Positions 39,516 through 53,624 of a stretch of DNA of 64,000 bases are shown one piece after another. Each line of letters starts with the position of its first letter. Positions within the stretch are counted from its first letter, which is position 1. This stretch comes from Somniosus microcephalus (Eukaryota). Under the pieces are notes generated by a model, which saw only the letters and a program-made list of their open reading frames with translations, did not search any database and was not told the origin of the DNA. The position numbers and the translations under genes are program-made. The stretch spans positions 21,948,001-22,012,000 of the forward strand of contig CM126214.1 in assembly GCA_052327205.1 (NCBI GenBank). Direction: 5' to 3'.

Positions 39516-42500
39516 CTGAAAGGAGAAAGAATGAAGCACGTTTAAAACTTTGATGTTACTTAAGACACGTTAACACTCATTTATTTTCACCTCTGAAAGG
39601 GCTGTCAGCTGAACCTAGAATGGAAGTCCTTCAGCCAAGTTCTATCATATGACTTGCATCAGAAGACCCAAATTTGAATGAGCTTAATTGCTCCGTGTGG
39701 AACTATATGTTTAACTGAATTATTTAGCAGAGTTGGTATTTTTGAATGAAACAGCCTGCACACAACCAAAGCAGATCTCAACCTCTTCTCTGTGCAGATG
39801 CCATATGAAAATAAAAATTTGTGCAAATTCACAATAGAAAAGGCGGGTACACTGTGGTATACCCGCTGGTGCAGCAGTATAAAGCCTCAGGATAACACTA
39901 ATAAAAGTGCCAGATTAACAAAGGAAGCCTACTGTAAAGAGTGAGGGCTACTTTAAAGTGGCAAACTTTTACTGAGTTGGTGAGGCAATCGACAGAGCTC
40001 AAGGTTCATTGCAACAAATGAATTATTTTGCATCTGGTTTATGTAACAGTCAAAAATTGACATGTTAAATCTTAAATATTTATGTGCTCTGTTTCAACTT
40101 TCAATTTCTACCAGAGTTCATGGAAAACTCTAGATTCGGCACACATCTATTTAATATTCAGTACTTTATTTCCAGCAATCTTAATCATTTCATCTACACG
40201 GTGAAAACACATTTCAAAGCGGAGATGTCCTCACTTACTGACAGCAGAATTAGCTGCATTTTGTTGGCAGATGTCACTGCTTGCTACCATTGAACATAAT
40301 ATACAGAAATCTCAACTTGGAGGACTTTTAAAATTAGCATTCTTGATTGTTAACGTGGAAAAAAAACACTTCCTTTGAAACATGTGACCCTTTCTCTGCT
40401 CCCTCTCCTGAAGGTGGTGACTGGATTCTGGGGTGTAGTCCCATCGGCACCAGAGACTCGCCATTCCTTAGATGTCTCGACAGGCCACTCAAACATAGGG
40501 TGAGAGGATCACAACCGAGCTAGATCCTGTCCTCAACTGATGGCCACAGTGGAACCTTCCGATAGGGGTCACTGGACAGTGATCAGGAACATGAACCATG
40601 TTGGTTTTTCCCTTCCCTAGGACTGCTGAGGTCAATTGGAACAGCCCAATTGTCAACCTGGCAGAGATCGATCAATTAACTCGGGGCCTAAAACAGGCTT
40701 TGATTGGAAATAACCTATCTAATTCACAAAAAAAAATTATGTTTTTTTTTAAAAAAAAGATCAAAGCTGACGAGAGCAAATCTCTACCAACATCAACTGG
40801 TAACAAAGAGTGCTGGGGATCTTTTATCTTCATTTAATTTTCTGCTTGAGGGAAGCAGCTACGCGGATTTGTGTCCTACAAAGGCTTTGTGTTCTTCAGC
40901 GCTCTCTAATATTCACGACAGTAATTAAATCTGTATACTTTAACGTCAAAATCACCTGCGTGCTGCTGCCTAGCCTATGCAGCCTGTACTCTAGGGAGTT
41001 AATAGGCGTACATTGCTGTTTTATACATCTGCGACTCTTGTCTATTTAAATTACCCAATGCCTGGCTGCAGTGAGCTTGCAGTAGCTCAACGCTGCACCA
41101 TGGAGATTCAGATGATGCGCACGTTACGCTTTTACACGGATAGTCGTGTCTCCGTTTATTTACACCAGCTGTGTGTATTTACATTTCTCACTTGCGTGTT
41201 TGGAATCCTGGTCACGTGCAGTCGAGAACGGACTGCAAAAAGCGAATGTTGGGGAATGCAAATTGGAGAAGGATGAACAACAGTCTGTTCTGTGCCTGCT
41301 TCAATACAGTCTGCACACAGGGGCGTGGAACAGAACCAACAACTCAGCCTCAAGAGATAATGCCAAATGGCTTTCTGTGCACACAAAGTTCTTTCGGTTC
41401 TTCATTGTGACCGTCTACATCTCCAAGAGCCCGCAACACTAAGCTATAAGTCTTCTATAAATTGCGCTGTGTACATACAGTGCATTCAACAGCTGCACTC
41501 CGGTATGGCTGTAGTTTAAGCTTCAATAATAACTACCAAGCTGGCAGGGAATCTAAAGAATTTCACTGTTTGATGGCAATTCATCTCCATCTCCTGAGCC
41601 CAGGCACCTGATTGTTAGGGAAACCAGATGGCTAAAGATCAGAAATATAATCCGCTTTGCCAGAGCAACCTTTCAACGTCTGTCAGTCATTTGAGAAGAC
41701 GAGGCCCATCACAGGTGCACACTGCCAATCTCCACAGAGGTGAGACAAGATTTCAAAGCAACCTTGTGGCACATTCCTTACATCTTTTGCGGCTGGAGAC
41801 TGATGTGAAATGGAGGCCTGTTTTCAAAGTTTGGAAATAAAACAATAATCTCTGGACGACGCTGGTCTGCATCCAAAAGCTATTCTGAAAATACAGATTT
41901 TATTGGAGGGGGCGAAGTTGTAGAAATGGATACTGGAGATTTAATCTTTGTTCAGAAAGATGTCTTCTGAATAGTCTAATAAAAATCTGCCTTATTGCTC
42001 GGATCTTGGCACTCCAATAATTCAGTCTATATTATTTTGGTTTTGTGTTATTCATCTTTTCTCCACATATTTTGAATAAAATGTAAGAAATATTTATTTT
42101 ATTTTATGTACTATATTCCTTTGATGGAAAACTGAGTGATGTGGTAAAACAGCAATCAAATTAGGCCTAGATAGCAATACAGGGGCTCACAATCACTCCA
42201 GCATTTGGCCTGGCTACACACTTGCTCCTACAATCCTACTCTGATTGCTCATATTACCTTTTTACAAAAACATGCTAGAACAAGTCATACACTGGCAATG
42301 GGGGAGAGAAAATATAGTCTTATGCGTCTCCAAACAGACAGATATATATAATCACACATACACATATGCACACACGCTGCCTTATAACCATATATGGCAA
42401 TGGATTCAACCTCCTCCTCCTCAAATGAACCAGAACAGCCCTGAAGCAGTTCAGCCATTCGCTGATTCTGCTTCTCTTCTGGTTGCTGTGATCTCTGCTT

Positions 42501-43480
42501 CAAGAGTTGAAACCCAACAGTCATTCAGAATTTGATATATGCAATGCTGTAGGCAATTTTTTTTTTTTTAACACTTTCAGACAGGCCGAGCTAGACTTGG
42601 CTCTCTTAACTACTCTTAATTATTACAATCTATTCCCATTTAAGAACACACACAAGGAGGCGGCATAGAATGCGGAAAAAAAACAAGGTTTAATTTTGTA
42701 TGATAGGGACAGGCCTGTTTATATTTATATTTTTATATACACAGTTGCTAGGTTCTGGGAAATGAACAATTACTTCAATTGTCAATTGTGAAAATTAGGG
42801 TCGGAGTTGGAAAGCCACACAATCCATGGAAATTCTATCCTCATACATTTCACCTAACTGCACAGGTTTTGTTTACAACTATGGTTCAAGGTTATACACA
42901 GTTTCAGTGAAAGCAACAAATAGGTGTGTTTTCTCAAACTGTGCTAATTTAACATTAGAGTTAGACATCTTCCACACATTTGCACTCCAAGGTCTTTATC
43001 CCAGCTTTGTAGGGAACCCACCAAAATACACTAGTAATTCAATTATGTGTACACAGACACAGTAAACATCTACCTAACCATAGCGAGCATTCAATAAAAG
43101 GAAAATGCTGCTTGAAAAGAATCTCCCCTCCTGCATTATTCAATCATAGCCACACATATTTGTTTGCTAGCATTGTAAAGGAGAAATTATTTATCAAAAT
43201 GTCATTAGTCTGGACCCAATGACTAAAGCAATTGTTCATTATTTTTTAAACTGTCCCTCTTAAATACTGGTTTGTATGTGGCTATTTTTTACTATTATAC
43301 CATGAAAATTGATTGGATGATAAATCATAGTGATTTTTTACAAAATATATAAAGGCTATCTAATAAGCCCCTCAGTGGCTAAGTTTTACCAATGTCAAAA
43401 CACTAATATCTTTTTTGGTGGGTTCTCTTCAAAAGTGGAAAAAGCAAAAAGATTTTAATCTGCGTGCGACACATTTTTCT

Positions 43481-43800
43481 TGCATTGCCTCACAGCACCA
43501 GGGACCCGGGTTCGAATCCGGCCTCGGGTGACCGTCTGTGTGGAGTTTGCACATTCTCCCCGTGTTTGCGTGGGTTTCCTCCGGGTGCTCCGGTTTCCTC
43601 CCACAGTCCAAAGATGTGCGGGTTAGGTTGATTGGCTATGATAAATTGACCCTTAGTGTTAGGGGGATTAAATACGTGGGGATAGGGTGGGACATGTGTT
43701 GGTGTAGGGGTTACGGGGATCGGGTGGGATATGTGTCGGTGCAGGCTTGATGGGCCGAAATGGCCTCTATCTGCACTGTGGGGTTTCTGTGATTTCTGTG
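43481..43800 (+). mobile_element. HE1-like V-SINE (5'-truncated) with CR1-type tail
   Basis: B box GGTTCGAATCC, V domain tgtgtggagtttgcacattctccccgtg...ggtttcctcccacagtccaaaga, tail gggccgaaatggcct. Confidence 0.85.
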
Positions 43801-46800
43801 ATAACCAAATTCACTAAATCAAGGCAACCCCCCCCGGCCTTTACTGCCTGCTTTCACTAAAACTACAAATACTCAAAGGGTAAAATCGGACATTGCTGTG
43901 AACTGAATAAAAGCACTTCCCATATTACGAAGATCCCAGTTCAGCCCCCAGGCAAGTGCTGTTCTACAATCCCAGCCTGGGCAGTGATAGGGCCTCACAA
44001 TTGGCTGCAGCAATCCAAGCTAAAACGATTATTATGCAGTGACCCCCCTACTGAATATGTATTAGACGGGAAACCCAGATCTGACTTGGCGGTGATGCGT
44101 CTAACATTTGAATCAGTCGGTGACACTCCGAGTCCTGACTCACCTATGAAGAACGGCCAATGCCATCTGTGGAACCATAACCTAGTGTGATTCAATCCTT
44201 TCAGGAAATAAGTGGTAAGAAAGAAAATCAGAAGAAACACTAAAAAATGAATCTAAAATCCCATCTGATGTCTGCGCTGGCTTTAAATTTCAAAAAGCGA
44301 CATGAAATCGACAGCTAAGGTATCGACGGTTAAGTAGGACAAACCAACAAAGTAAGGGAGAGTTGAATGCTCCTTGTGGAATGGGGAATGCCATTTCGAA
44401 ATGAGACATTGAATGGGTAGTTAAACCCCTGCCGCTGAGCTCAGTGAAAGAGTGAGAATTTAGATGAGGTGGGGGTGGGGTTAATCTTTACAAGCAGAGT
44501 TAGAGGCCTGGGGACAGATTAAGACATAACACAAAGAGCGCTTGCTTTTATTCCAGCCAACAGATAAAGTGAAGATTGTCCCTCCCCCCACAAGATAACC
44601 CAACCCCTCCCCCATCCAAATCATTCAACAATGATTTACTCAGTGATGTGTCAAGGGGGTTGGATGAGCAAACTAGGAGCACATTTAATTTAAAAAGAAT
44701 TGTATGGAAAATGTGTGTCACTTTCCTAATTGTCAACTGCACAAAAAATGAGTCAAGTTATGATAAATTATACCCACACCCCCCCCCCAATTCAGTTTTC
44801 GATGAGGTGTTTGCGAAACAAAAGAAAATTAAAAAGGTAAATGTTAATGGAAGTACTTGTGCCTGGCCTGAGCACCAGCAGGAAGTGTTACCAAGTTTCA
44901 TTGCACTAAAACAGTTTAAACTGATTCACCACCTACTGACGCCCTTGCGCAATGACACGATCACTCTGGAATATCAGAAATAGAAATCACATTGGTCAAA
45001 GTGAACTGACGTTACACTGATCTCTATCCTCTAGATCCAGAGCTGAAAAAGTGTTTGGGCAGCAAGGAAAAACATTTCAAATGCTATCTTGCTGCCATCC
45101 TGGGACATGACAAGTACTCATTATTATATTTTTAAATGCATATATCTGGGCACTTGTGTTTTTTTTTAATCCAAAAGGTTATATTTTAAAGCATATTATT
45201 TGCATGGAACATACAATCTAGAAATGGCTATAAAAAAAAGAGGGGTTTGTAGGCATCACAATCAATAAAAAACACTACCCATGTTGTGTTTAGAGGTTAA
45301 CCTTCCTCCCATTTCAGGAACAAAGAGTAAAACTGAAGCAACAACAGAAAATGCTGGAAAAACTCAGCAGGTCAGGCAACATCCGTGGAGAGAAATTTGA
45401 GTTGACGTTTCGGGTTTGACCCTTCTTCAAAACTGAAGCCTTCTCTTTCTGCACTGCTAAAATAAGCACTGATTGAAGAGCAAATGTCTCCATTCTCCAT
45501 TCAGAATATTTAATTCCACTTCTAGGTTTGTGGTGAGCTGCAGAACCCAAAAGGCCTGACCTTAACTAAACATGCAGGGTACAAAGATGTGCTACAACCT
45601 CATCGCTCATCTAGTCCCTGCAAATCAAATCATAAATCTCATCCCATCTGCTCTATGGAAAGGCCTGTGGAATTTGCAGCTCTCAGGCCTCCTTCTCTCC
45701 CTCCTCCCCGCCCCCCAAACCATCTCTCAGTAGGGGAAAAAGCCTACTTAGAATTCTAACCATGCTGCTAACTTAAGTACCCTGGAATGTATTGATTAAG
45801 TAATGCACCAGCGCTATACAAATCCCAGACCAGTATAATGCAAGCTGATAAGGAACACAGTCTAACCTCCCCCTGCATCTTTGAAAGCCATCTTGGCTTT
45901 TTCAACCTACCAGCTGCCAAAGACTAACTGAAGTCTCTTTGAAATTTAAGATGCAGACTTTGACCCTCCTGTGCCTTTCCTTTTTTTTAAAAGCCAAGCA
46001 GTAACAACACACACAAAAAATGCGCCATATGTAACTGCAGTCACGTTACAGCCATTAGCCACCAGGTTAGCTAAGCCAACAATCAGCTTTTAATTGGTCG
46101 CAGGCCCACACTAAAGCTTCTTTTCCTTACTCAAGCACACAGCCAGCAGTGAAAGCTCACAAATGCGGATGGGAGCAAAATCTTTTTGACAATGGATTGC
46201 TGGCATAGATTTTTTGTGCTGGGGGTCATTCGAACGGTGTGTGCAAATACTTTGCACAATCACTACCAATATTTCTATCCACACCAATATCTAACTGTGG
46301 GAGCGACACGGTGCACGAACAGAAACGTTTGTTGTAAAGTAGCAAAATGCATTTGCCACAGGCGCCATTAAAACACGAACAACACATTTAAAACACAGAT
46401 TTTCTGTGTTGCCGCATTTTCTGTTGCAAGACCTCCACTGCAGTCCAGGTTTCATCTTATTGTGACTGTGAATTGCTCCAGTAGTAATCAAATTGAAGAA
46501 AAAAAAGTTGAAGTGCATATATTTGCAGTCACAAAGTGACAAGTCTGCTAAACTACAGCCTTCTGAAAATTCACTGCTGACAGATCCATTTATAGAGGTC
46601 CCCACAGTTCACAGAAACTCATTTGAAGCCACTGTATTGCAGCATTCATCTGTATGCAACTGCGCAACACACAAGGCCATCTCAACTCTAAATATTAGTG
46701 TATTTTTCTTCAATATGCTCTTAATTTGCAAACCTTATTAGTCTTGTTTTGCATGCAAAACATTAGCCAACAAGGGGTTAGGTGCCATAAAATTAGTACC

Positions 46801-48231
46801 TGCACTGCAACAACATACTAAAAAAACTAAGTCATACTGGTATTTAGTTATAAATACAGCATAATCAAAAAATGTAAAAAGGAGCGGTTTTCCAACTCTG
46901 AATGGAGCAGAAAGCTGCTCTCACTTCAAAATATTTTCTTGGAATTCATATAGTGAACCCACTCATTGTTTCCAGCCGCATTAAAATAAAAACCGCAACC
47001 ACAGGCCAGTGCTAATTGGATCTCGAAGGTGGTCCCCTGCAATCTAATCAGTCACGACTCAACCCACTTCACTCACAAAAGAGGCGCAGTATCAAACTTC
47101 CAGGCGTCACGACTGCAGATTCTCCATCCGCCTCAGATGTAAACCCATCAGGCATGTAGACTCGCCCCCGCATGAAAACAAAAGAATTTCACATGCGCCT
47201 CTCTCACAACCATATATAGATACCTTAAGAGGTCTAAAAATGTATTGCTACAAAAGCCCTTCAGCTGCAGGAATACAATGCCACCATTTCAATGGCTCCT
47301 AGCAAGAGCCTTAAAGGAGTGAATGGGCTTTTTGGGTTTGCTTGATGTTAATTCAATTAAAATTTATAGCATCCAGCGTGCATTAAAATGCATGGTTTAC
47401 GTGTGCAGTAGAGTGCAAGGTGGAGTGAATAATATCAAAAGAACAAAAGACACTCAAAATTTAGCTCCATTCTATAGAACACACTAATTAGCAATTGAAC
47501 CAAAGGTAGCGGTTCCAATGACCTAACCTTAACTGGAGGATCAGAAGCAAAATAAGGTTCCTGCATAAAGATTAACAGTGTAGGACAGTAGGTCCTCATT
47601 TCTGCTGTGCTCGCTCAGTTTGACACAATTTAAACTAGGTCAGGGCTTCAGTATTGAGTCTAAAATCCCCTTTGTACTCAAACATCGTACAAAGAAACAT
47701 CACTGCATCCCTCAGTTTTTGTTGCTGCTTTTCCAACAATGGCCATTTTAGATGTATGAAAATCAGTATTTTGTGTGTGCATGTATGTGTCTCTCTCTTT
47801 TAACCTTGCATCCCAGTGAGCAATTTAAAATGCAGCATCTCTTTTTAAATGCCATGATTCAGTTGAGTGCTCTATTCCCTGGCCATCATTAGCTGAAGAA
47901 AGAAAAGAACTGCAGCCCACGTACCAGCACAAACTCATTTTTCATTCATACTCTGGCTGCTAAAAATAATCCTCACCGTGGACACAAAAAGAAGACAGAC
48001 AAAAAAAATCTATGTTCTTTGAAAAGGCCACAGAGACTGGATATGAAATCATATCCTCGAGTCTAATTAAATGAATGTAGTGTGCAGAATGGATCTTCCT
48101 ACGGGTAGGAGCATTTCTTGATTAAGCTCTATACTTGGTAATGCCTTAACCTGAACTAATTTCTAATACTAATCACAACATGGTCAGCCAGTGCTAGTGA
48201 CAAGCGTCACACCAAATTTATTGCCCATACA

Positions 48232-48545
48232 AAAATTGCATTTAAATAGCGCCTTTAATGTAGTAAAATGACCCAAGGCGATTCACAGGAGTGTTAAAAC
48301 AAAATTTGACACTGAGCCACATAGAGGTATTAGGACAGGAAGCTTAGTCACAGAGGTAGGCTTTAAGGAGCGCCTTAAAGGGGGAAGAGAGCGAATTCCA
48401 GCGGTTAAGGTCTAGGCAGCTGAAGGCACGGCCGTCAATGGTGGAGCGATGAAAATCGGGGATGCGCAAGAGGCCAGAATTGGAGGAGTACAGCAATCTC
48501 GGAGGGTTGTAAGGCTGGAGGAGGTTAGAGAGATAGGGAGGGGCG
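48232..48545 (-). mobile_element. L2 LINE 3' fragment
   Basis: Encodes APPYLSNLLQPYNPPR...GRAFSC...WNSL...FKALLKAYL. Homologous to 63430-63820. Confidence 0.75.
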
Positions 48546-51500
48546 GTCCCACCCAGCGGGACAATGGAGGAGAGGCATTGGATGGATGGGTCTGTCTGTC
48601 TGTCCACACACATTGTTCAAGGAGAAGCACTATCTATTTACATTTCTAAACAGATGATACAATGCCTTAGTAGTGAAGGTACCATACATACAGATTGTTA
48701 TTAGGCAAGGGCATCAAGGGCCATGGAGCTAAGACAGGTAAATGGAGTTCAAGATACAGATCAGCTATAATCTAACTGAATGGTGGAACAGGCGCGCGAG
48801 ACTGAATGGCCTACTCCTGCTTCTATGTACACCTTACAGTACATGAAAAATTGCCTATGACCAGAAACAGATTTTCATTTTTTTTTTAAACAATTGACAC
48901 TGCTTGAAGTTGTTGGCCGATTAATTTGAGAAAGATTTTTTTTTTTTTAATGTAACATTTTTAAAAATGAGTTGGTAGCTCAATCAGAAGCATTGATCAG
49001 GCTTACTGACCACTGTAGCTCTGCTCTTTTGTTTATTTACTTGCCTGTCAGAGTTTCCCTTCCTTTTTTTTTAAAAATAAAAAGTAAACCACTCCCCATA
49101 GCCTTAAACTAACACACTTTGTGCTGGTCCTTGGTGTACTGCAGTGGAGGCAGCACCAGGGCAACTACTAGGCTTGTTTGACCAGCTTTCAAAATAAACC
49201 AGCTCTCGGCAGAATAGTCTTTCCGGTCAACTGCAAAACCTGCATTCTACAGGAAAAGAAATAAATGAAAAAATAAACAACTGCTGATAGTGATTAGGGG
49301 GGAGGGGGGGGGGGAGTTCTGTTTAGTCAGGCAAAAAATCTACTCACAATGCAGCTTTACAGGATTGGGTTTTTTTTAAATCAGATTTTAAATTAGAAAA
49401 AGCTCCCCAGACCAGCCATGTGCTAAATTTCAAGGACTAGTTTAATGAACTGGACCTTTGCGCTTACAAAATTGCAGATGAACACGATTATGTGTAATTG
49501 GGTACTTAACTATACTTTCATATGCTGATCCATTTATACTAAGCTCCGATTTTAATACATACTTTAAAATGATGTCCCCCCCCCAGTCAAATGTATTGAA
49601 ATGTAACTGAATCTGAATGATTAATCACCTAACTTTTTCTTTTACTCAATTGGGCTGCTCTCATTTGTAACTGAACTGGATGTCATTTCTTGATTGAGTA
49701 AGGACTCTTGGGTTCCCATTTGATCATGGTGATGTACACGGCACATCAAAACAACCTGAATTACGTTTGCACCTTAAAATTGACATGGTTAGAGACTCCT
49801 TTGGCCACTCATCAACTGCCTGGATGGGGCAAAGCAGCGGCGAATAAACCCCCCCAAAAAGTGTCAAATTGTATTTAAAGCTGGTGACATTTTAAATATG
49901 TATATTGGCAAATTCTGTAACTAGCAATACTACTGCAGCGAGCCAGCATAATCCCTTGTATGAGGTGATTATTTTTCCATTCAGTTTTAAAGTAGACGCA
50001 CTTGCTATCTTACTCCACATACATGTTTGACAACACAGTGTGTGTTTTGTCAACTGTGACGCAGCTGTAACCTACGTCATTGTTCTGCCTCTGCTATTCT
50101 GGATTACGATTTTCCAGGACTTCTGCCCTTCCCTAAGGGAGAGGAGGAGGGGGCGGAATTGTCAGCTTGTTGCAATAAAGGAATTCTACCCGGAATTTAA
50201 TGTTCTTTTGACTCAGAGCTCCATGAAATGCAAGAACAAGCGGTGATGCCAGATTGGCTGGTGGTAGTGCAGCTATTACACGCGCAAGAATTTGATTAAA
50301 CAAGGGTCACGATCAAGTTGGAAGAACAGGGCCCAGCCAAGGTTTATACAAAAAGTAAATCAAGAGGTCACTTTATACTTGCGGCCCTGGAACAAAGCTA
50401 CTTTGAGTGGGTATTATTCATACAATCGTTACGATCACGTGGTGCAGTTACTGATAACAGTTTGACTACAAGAACCATATTTCCTCCCCCCCCCCCCAAC
50501 CAGCCTGACTTGGCTGATCGATCGCAAAGAATACAGGATTTCCAGTTTAAAAATACATACTCCCCAGGAAACCAAGGCAGTATGCTTATCTACAATGCCA
50601 GACCATTCTGAGCAAAGGGCTTCAGGAGGGACGGAGCTCACTGTATTGGTTTGGTTACATGAACAATGGAACACCAGGTTTTTTAAAATATTTTTATATA
50701 TATATATTTAGTAATTTTTCAACAAATTCTGCAGAGCTCAGAATGATAAAGCTGCTGAATCGGTGTGCTTAATCTGTACCCTCCATCCAATATGTGTAAA
50801 ATACACATATGTACATCCAATATTAATAAAGGTGACTGGATTTTTTACATTATTAACACTATATATGGGCGAAGGAGTTAATCAGCTAGCCCTGGGGACC
50901 CTCATTACACGTATAAATAAAACATTACAATCGATTCGCAGGATGTTGGAAAGTCAGTGGTGAGTGCCTCAGTCTGATCTGACAGGACACCAATTAAATT
51001 CAAACAAGCTCTCGCAGTTTACAAATCTACAGCGGGCTCCCAAATGTGTTTCCATGTACTGCTACATCTTAGAAAGCCCCAAACACAGAAAAAAAACAAT
51101 TGCATTCAAACCAAAAGAATGGACAGGAGATGAAAGACACCTTTATTTGATCCTCAGTGTCTCACTGATCTGCTTTATATGAATTGGCTGCTCCGTTTGC
51201 CAGCATAATTTTTTTTTGTTTGTACAATGCATTGTGTGACGTTAAGGTTGCTACCCAACTTTTTACTGCAGATCTGGCAGCGGGCCTCGCTTGGCCACTT
51301 GGACTTAGATGCGGCCTTTTTACCCACCGTGAGACAAAGGACCGGCTTTAAAGCATTCAGAAATGTCTCAGACGCTTTCTGCTGCTGGCCAGCGAGTTGT
51401 CTGGGTTGCCTGAAAGTATGCGCAGCACCGCGCGTCACGATTCCCATCAGCATTTGTCCATTTAAACCCTACATGACTTCAAAGCAAAAGGCGATGAGCG

Positions 51501-52525
51501 TCACCCGAGCGAAGCAGGGAAGCCTTAAAGGAGCAGCGGCGCCGTAAAAAGTTAAGCGCTGCATTTAGTCTAGTGTCTTGCCCTGGATTAGCAAGTTTAA
51601 CGGCTGGGTCACGCTTTAATTAGAATGCTCTGCAAAAAAAGTGATCTGCAGTTAACCGTCAGAAGCATGGGGGGGGGGAGTCATATACAATGGTGACTGA
51701 AACTAGGCGAATTATTGAGCAGTTCTAGCAAGTCTGGTTGTGCCTTTGCAACAAAAAAAAATGATCAGGGAGAACAATGGTGGTAATTAGGATTTTTAAA
51801 AAATGTACAGAGCTGATGAATTTAGGAGGTGAAAGGTGAATTCCACGCTTCAGAAAATCTCCTTCAAAAGAGAGGCTTTTCACTCTCGGGTCACGCTACA
51901 GTAGGAGGTCTGAATGTCGTCACTGGGGGGGAGGGAGGAGCTTTGGTCTGAACAATATTCTCTGTGTAGATTAAACACGGAGCTGTCGCCAAGGAACTCC
52001 CAAGTGTTGCATGAAACACGCACACCCTGAACAATACAAAGGGACCGAGTCTGGGGCTTTCGGAGTTTTGGGAAAGCGGCGTTCCAAAAAACATTAGGCC
52101 GGTGGAGCCGAATCCGGCGAGCTTCACACATTTAAATTAGACAGGAAAATCCCGATTGATATTAGAGTCACACTATAGTAACAGTGTAACTGACAACATA
52201 CAAATTATGCTACAGCAGTAAGATTATCGGGGTATGCACGCATAATTTTAATAAATGCATATAGTTTGTTTTAAATGTGGAATTGAACTAAAAGGCATGA
52301 ATTCACTTCCATATATAGTCCGGCGTCCAAGGTCCAAATGATCACTGTAGCAGGAATACAACTCCGGCAGCATGGCAAATTTGCGTTTAATTATTAAACG
52401 ATTTTAAAAAAAGTATTATATTCATAATGACATCAATAAAATATCGATAACTGTATCATGCGTAACAATCAGCTGGTTATCTATCACCGTGTTGCATTTA
52501 CTATGCTGTAGGCTTTAATTCTTAC

Positions 52526-52588
52526 CTGAGTTTCCGTTAAGCTTTCCAAAGCTTGCATCACTGATTGCTCCGGACGCGAAGCTTGAGA
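52526..52588 (-). CDS. MIDN: Midnolin coding exon 3: SQASRPEQSVMQALESLTETQ (start of Catch1)
   Basis: Acceptor ttttgtctcctcaag|TCT, donor CAG|GTAAGA. 63 nt. Too short for the ORF track; read manually. Confidence 0.96.
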
Positions 52589-52701
52589 CTTGAGGAGACA
52601 AAAAAAAAGGAATTAATTATAGCACAAGTCTCTTCTAAAATGCGACGGTAGACATTGAATGCATCGATTTCTATATAAACCAGATCAGAGGTCGATCTTA
52701 C

Positions 52702-52789
52702 CATGAGTCCAGCCTCTACAGTAGGGACAAGGGTCAGTTTGCTTCCTTCTGTTATACCGTGGTCCTGTAGCTTTCCGGAATTTAAACGC
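52702..52789 (-). CDS. MIDN: Midnolin coding exon 2: RLNSGKLQDHGITEGSKLTLVPTVEAGLM (end of Ubl)
   Basis: Acceptor ttttttag|G, donor ATG|GTAAGA. 88 nt, phase-consistent. Confidence 0.97.
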
Positions 52790-53043
52790 CTAAAAAAGTT
52801 AAAAAGCACAGGATACAATCTATAGCTGAGAAATGCACCTGCATATAATCTTGTCATTGCACAAATACGGTAAAATGCCACAAGCTTCACGGATGAGTTC
52901 AAAAGTACATACTAATGGAAAGTTTACACCGATTAACTAACAAAGTAATACTGGATTATGAATGACTACTTGGCACATAAACCTGTCACAGAAATTCGGA
53001 TTGGGGTTTCGCAGGTCTGCTCAGAACAAAGGGGTGTACGTAC

Positions 53044-53255
53044 GTTTCTTTGTGCAAGAGAACTAGACGCTCCTTAGCAACCTTCAAACGCTGTGATAAC
53101 CTCCGTTTGAGTCCTTCCACTGTCTCGTCTACTGGAACAGAAAGATCATACTGGGCTCCGGTCGTTGTATTGATGACTACACGCATTGAAGGCTCGTTTT
53201 GATGGGCCTCGCAAGTTGGGGCTCGACTGCAACTCCTGGTGCTTGTATGGTCCAT
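53044..53255 (-). CDS. MIDN: Midnolin coding exon 1 (exon 2): N-terminus and ubiquitin-like domain, MDHTSTRSCSR...VPVDETVEGLKRRLSQRLKVAKERLVLLHKET
   Basis: Translation closely matches the vertebrate midnolin Ubl. Donor AC|GTACGT. 212 nt, phase 2. Confidence 0.97.
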
Positions 53256-53611
53256 TCGATTACCTTTGATCGGTCTTGAGTCACAAAATAAAGTCCCTCA
53301 GACACTTAAAGGAATCATGCAATATTATGTGTGCTAAAAGTATATGGAAAGCCAATCCCGGCGCTCTCTCTCTCTCTCTTGCTGAAAGATTAGCGGCCAA
53401 AAGTGTGCGATATAGATTTGGGTTTCTCCGTGTGAGGTTTCCTTTTTGTTTTCGAAAGATCTCTCAGACAAGGGTTTTTTTTTAAAGAAAGCACAAGTGA
53501 TTTGCCCAGAGCGCTAAGCCGTGCCTCTCTCTCAGCCCTGCCGACTGCCCTACGAGCCTGACTCTGGCTGACTCCGCCGCGATCCCCCGGAGAATAATCC
53601 TCACAGAATGT
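53256..53611 (-). other. MIDN: MIDN exon 2, 5'UTR part
   Basis: Strong acceptor gctgacgctgtgttttctttgttgcag|ACATTC (branch-like CTGAC, polypyrimidine tract, CAG). Exon starts at 53611 and runs into the ATG at 53255. Confidence 0.7.
53298..53318 (-). other. uORF MIPLSV* in the MIDN 5'UTR
   Basis: ATG ATT CCT TTA AGT GTC TGA. It is the only upstream ATG in the predicted leader and is in the same frame as the main CDS. Confidence 0.65.
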
Positions 53612-53624
53612 CTGCAACAAAGAA

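Noticed and set aside
43490-43530. tRNA gene
   Set aside because: The B box belongs to a V-SINE head and no full cloverleaf is present. The same applies to the other SINE heads.
52575-52595. Alternative acceptor 7 nt into coding exon 3 (ctcaag repeated)
   Set aside because: It would frameshift, the first AG after the tract gives the conserved protein, and there is no other support.
52558-52902. 114-aa ORF as a single exon
   Set aside because: Only 52702-52789 is coding, and the rest is open intron.
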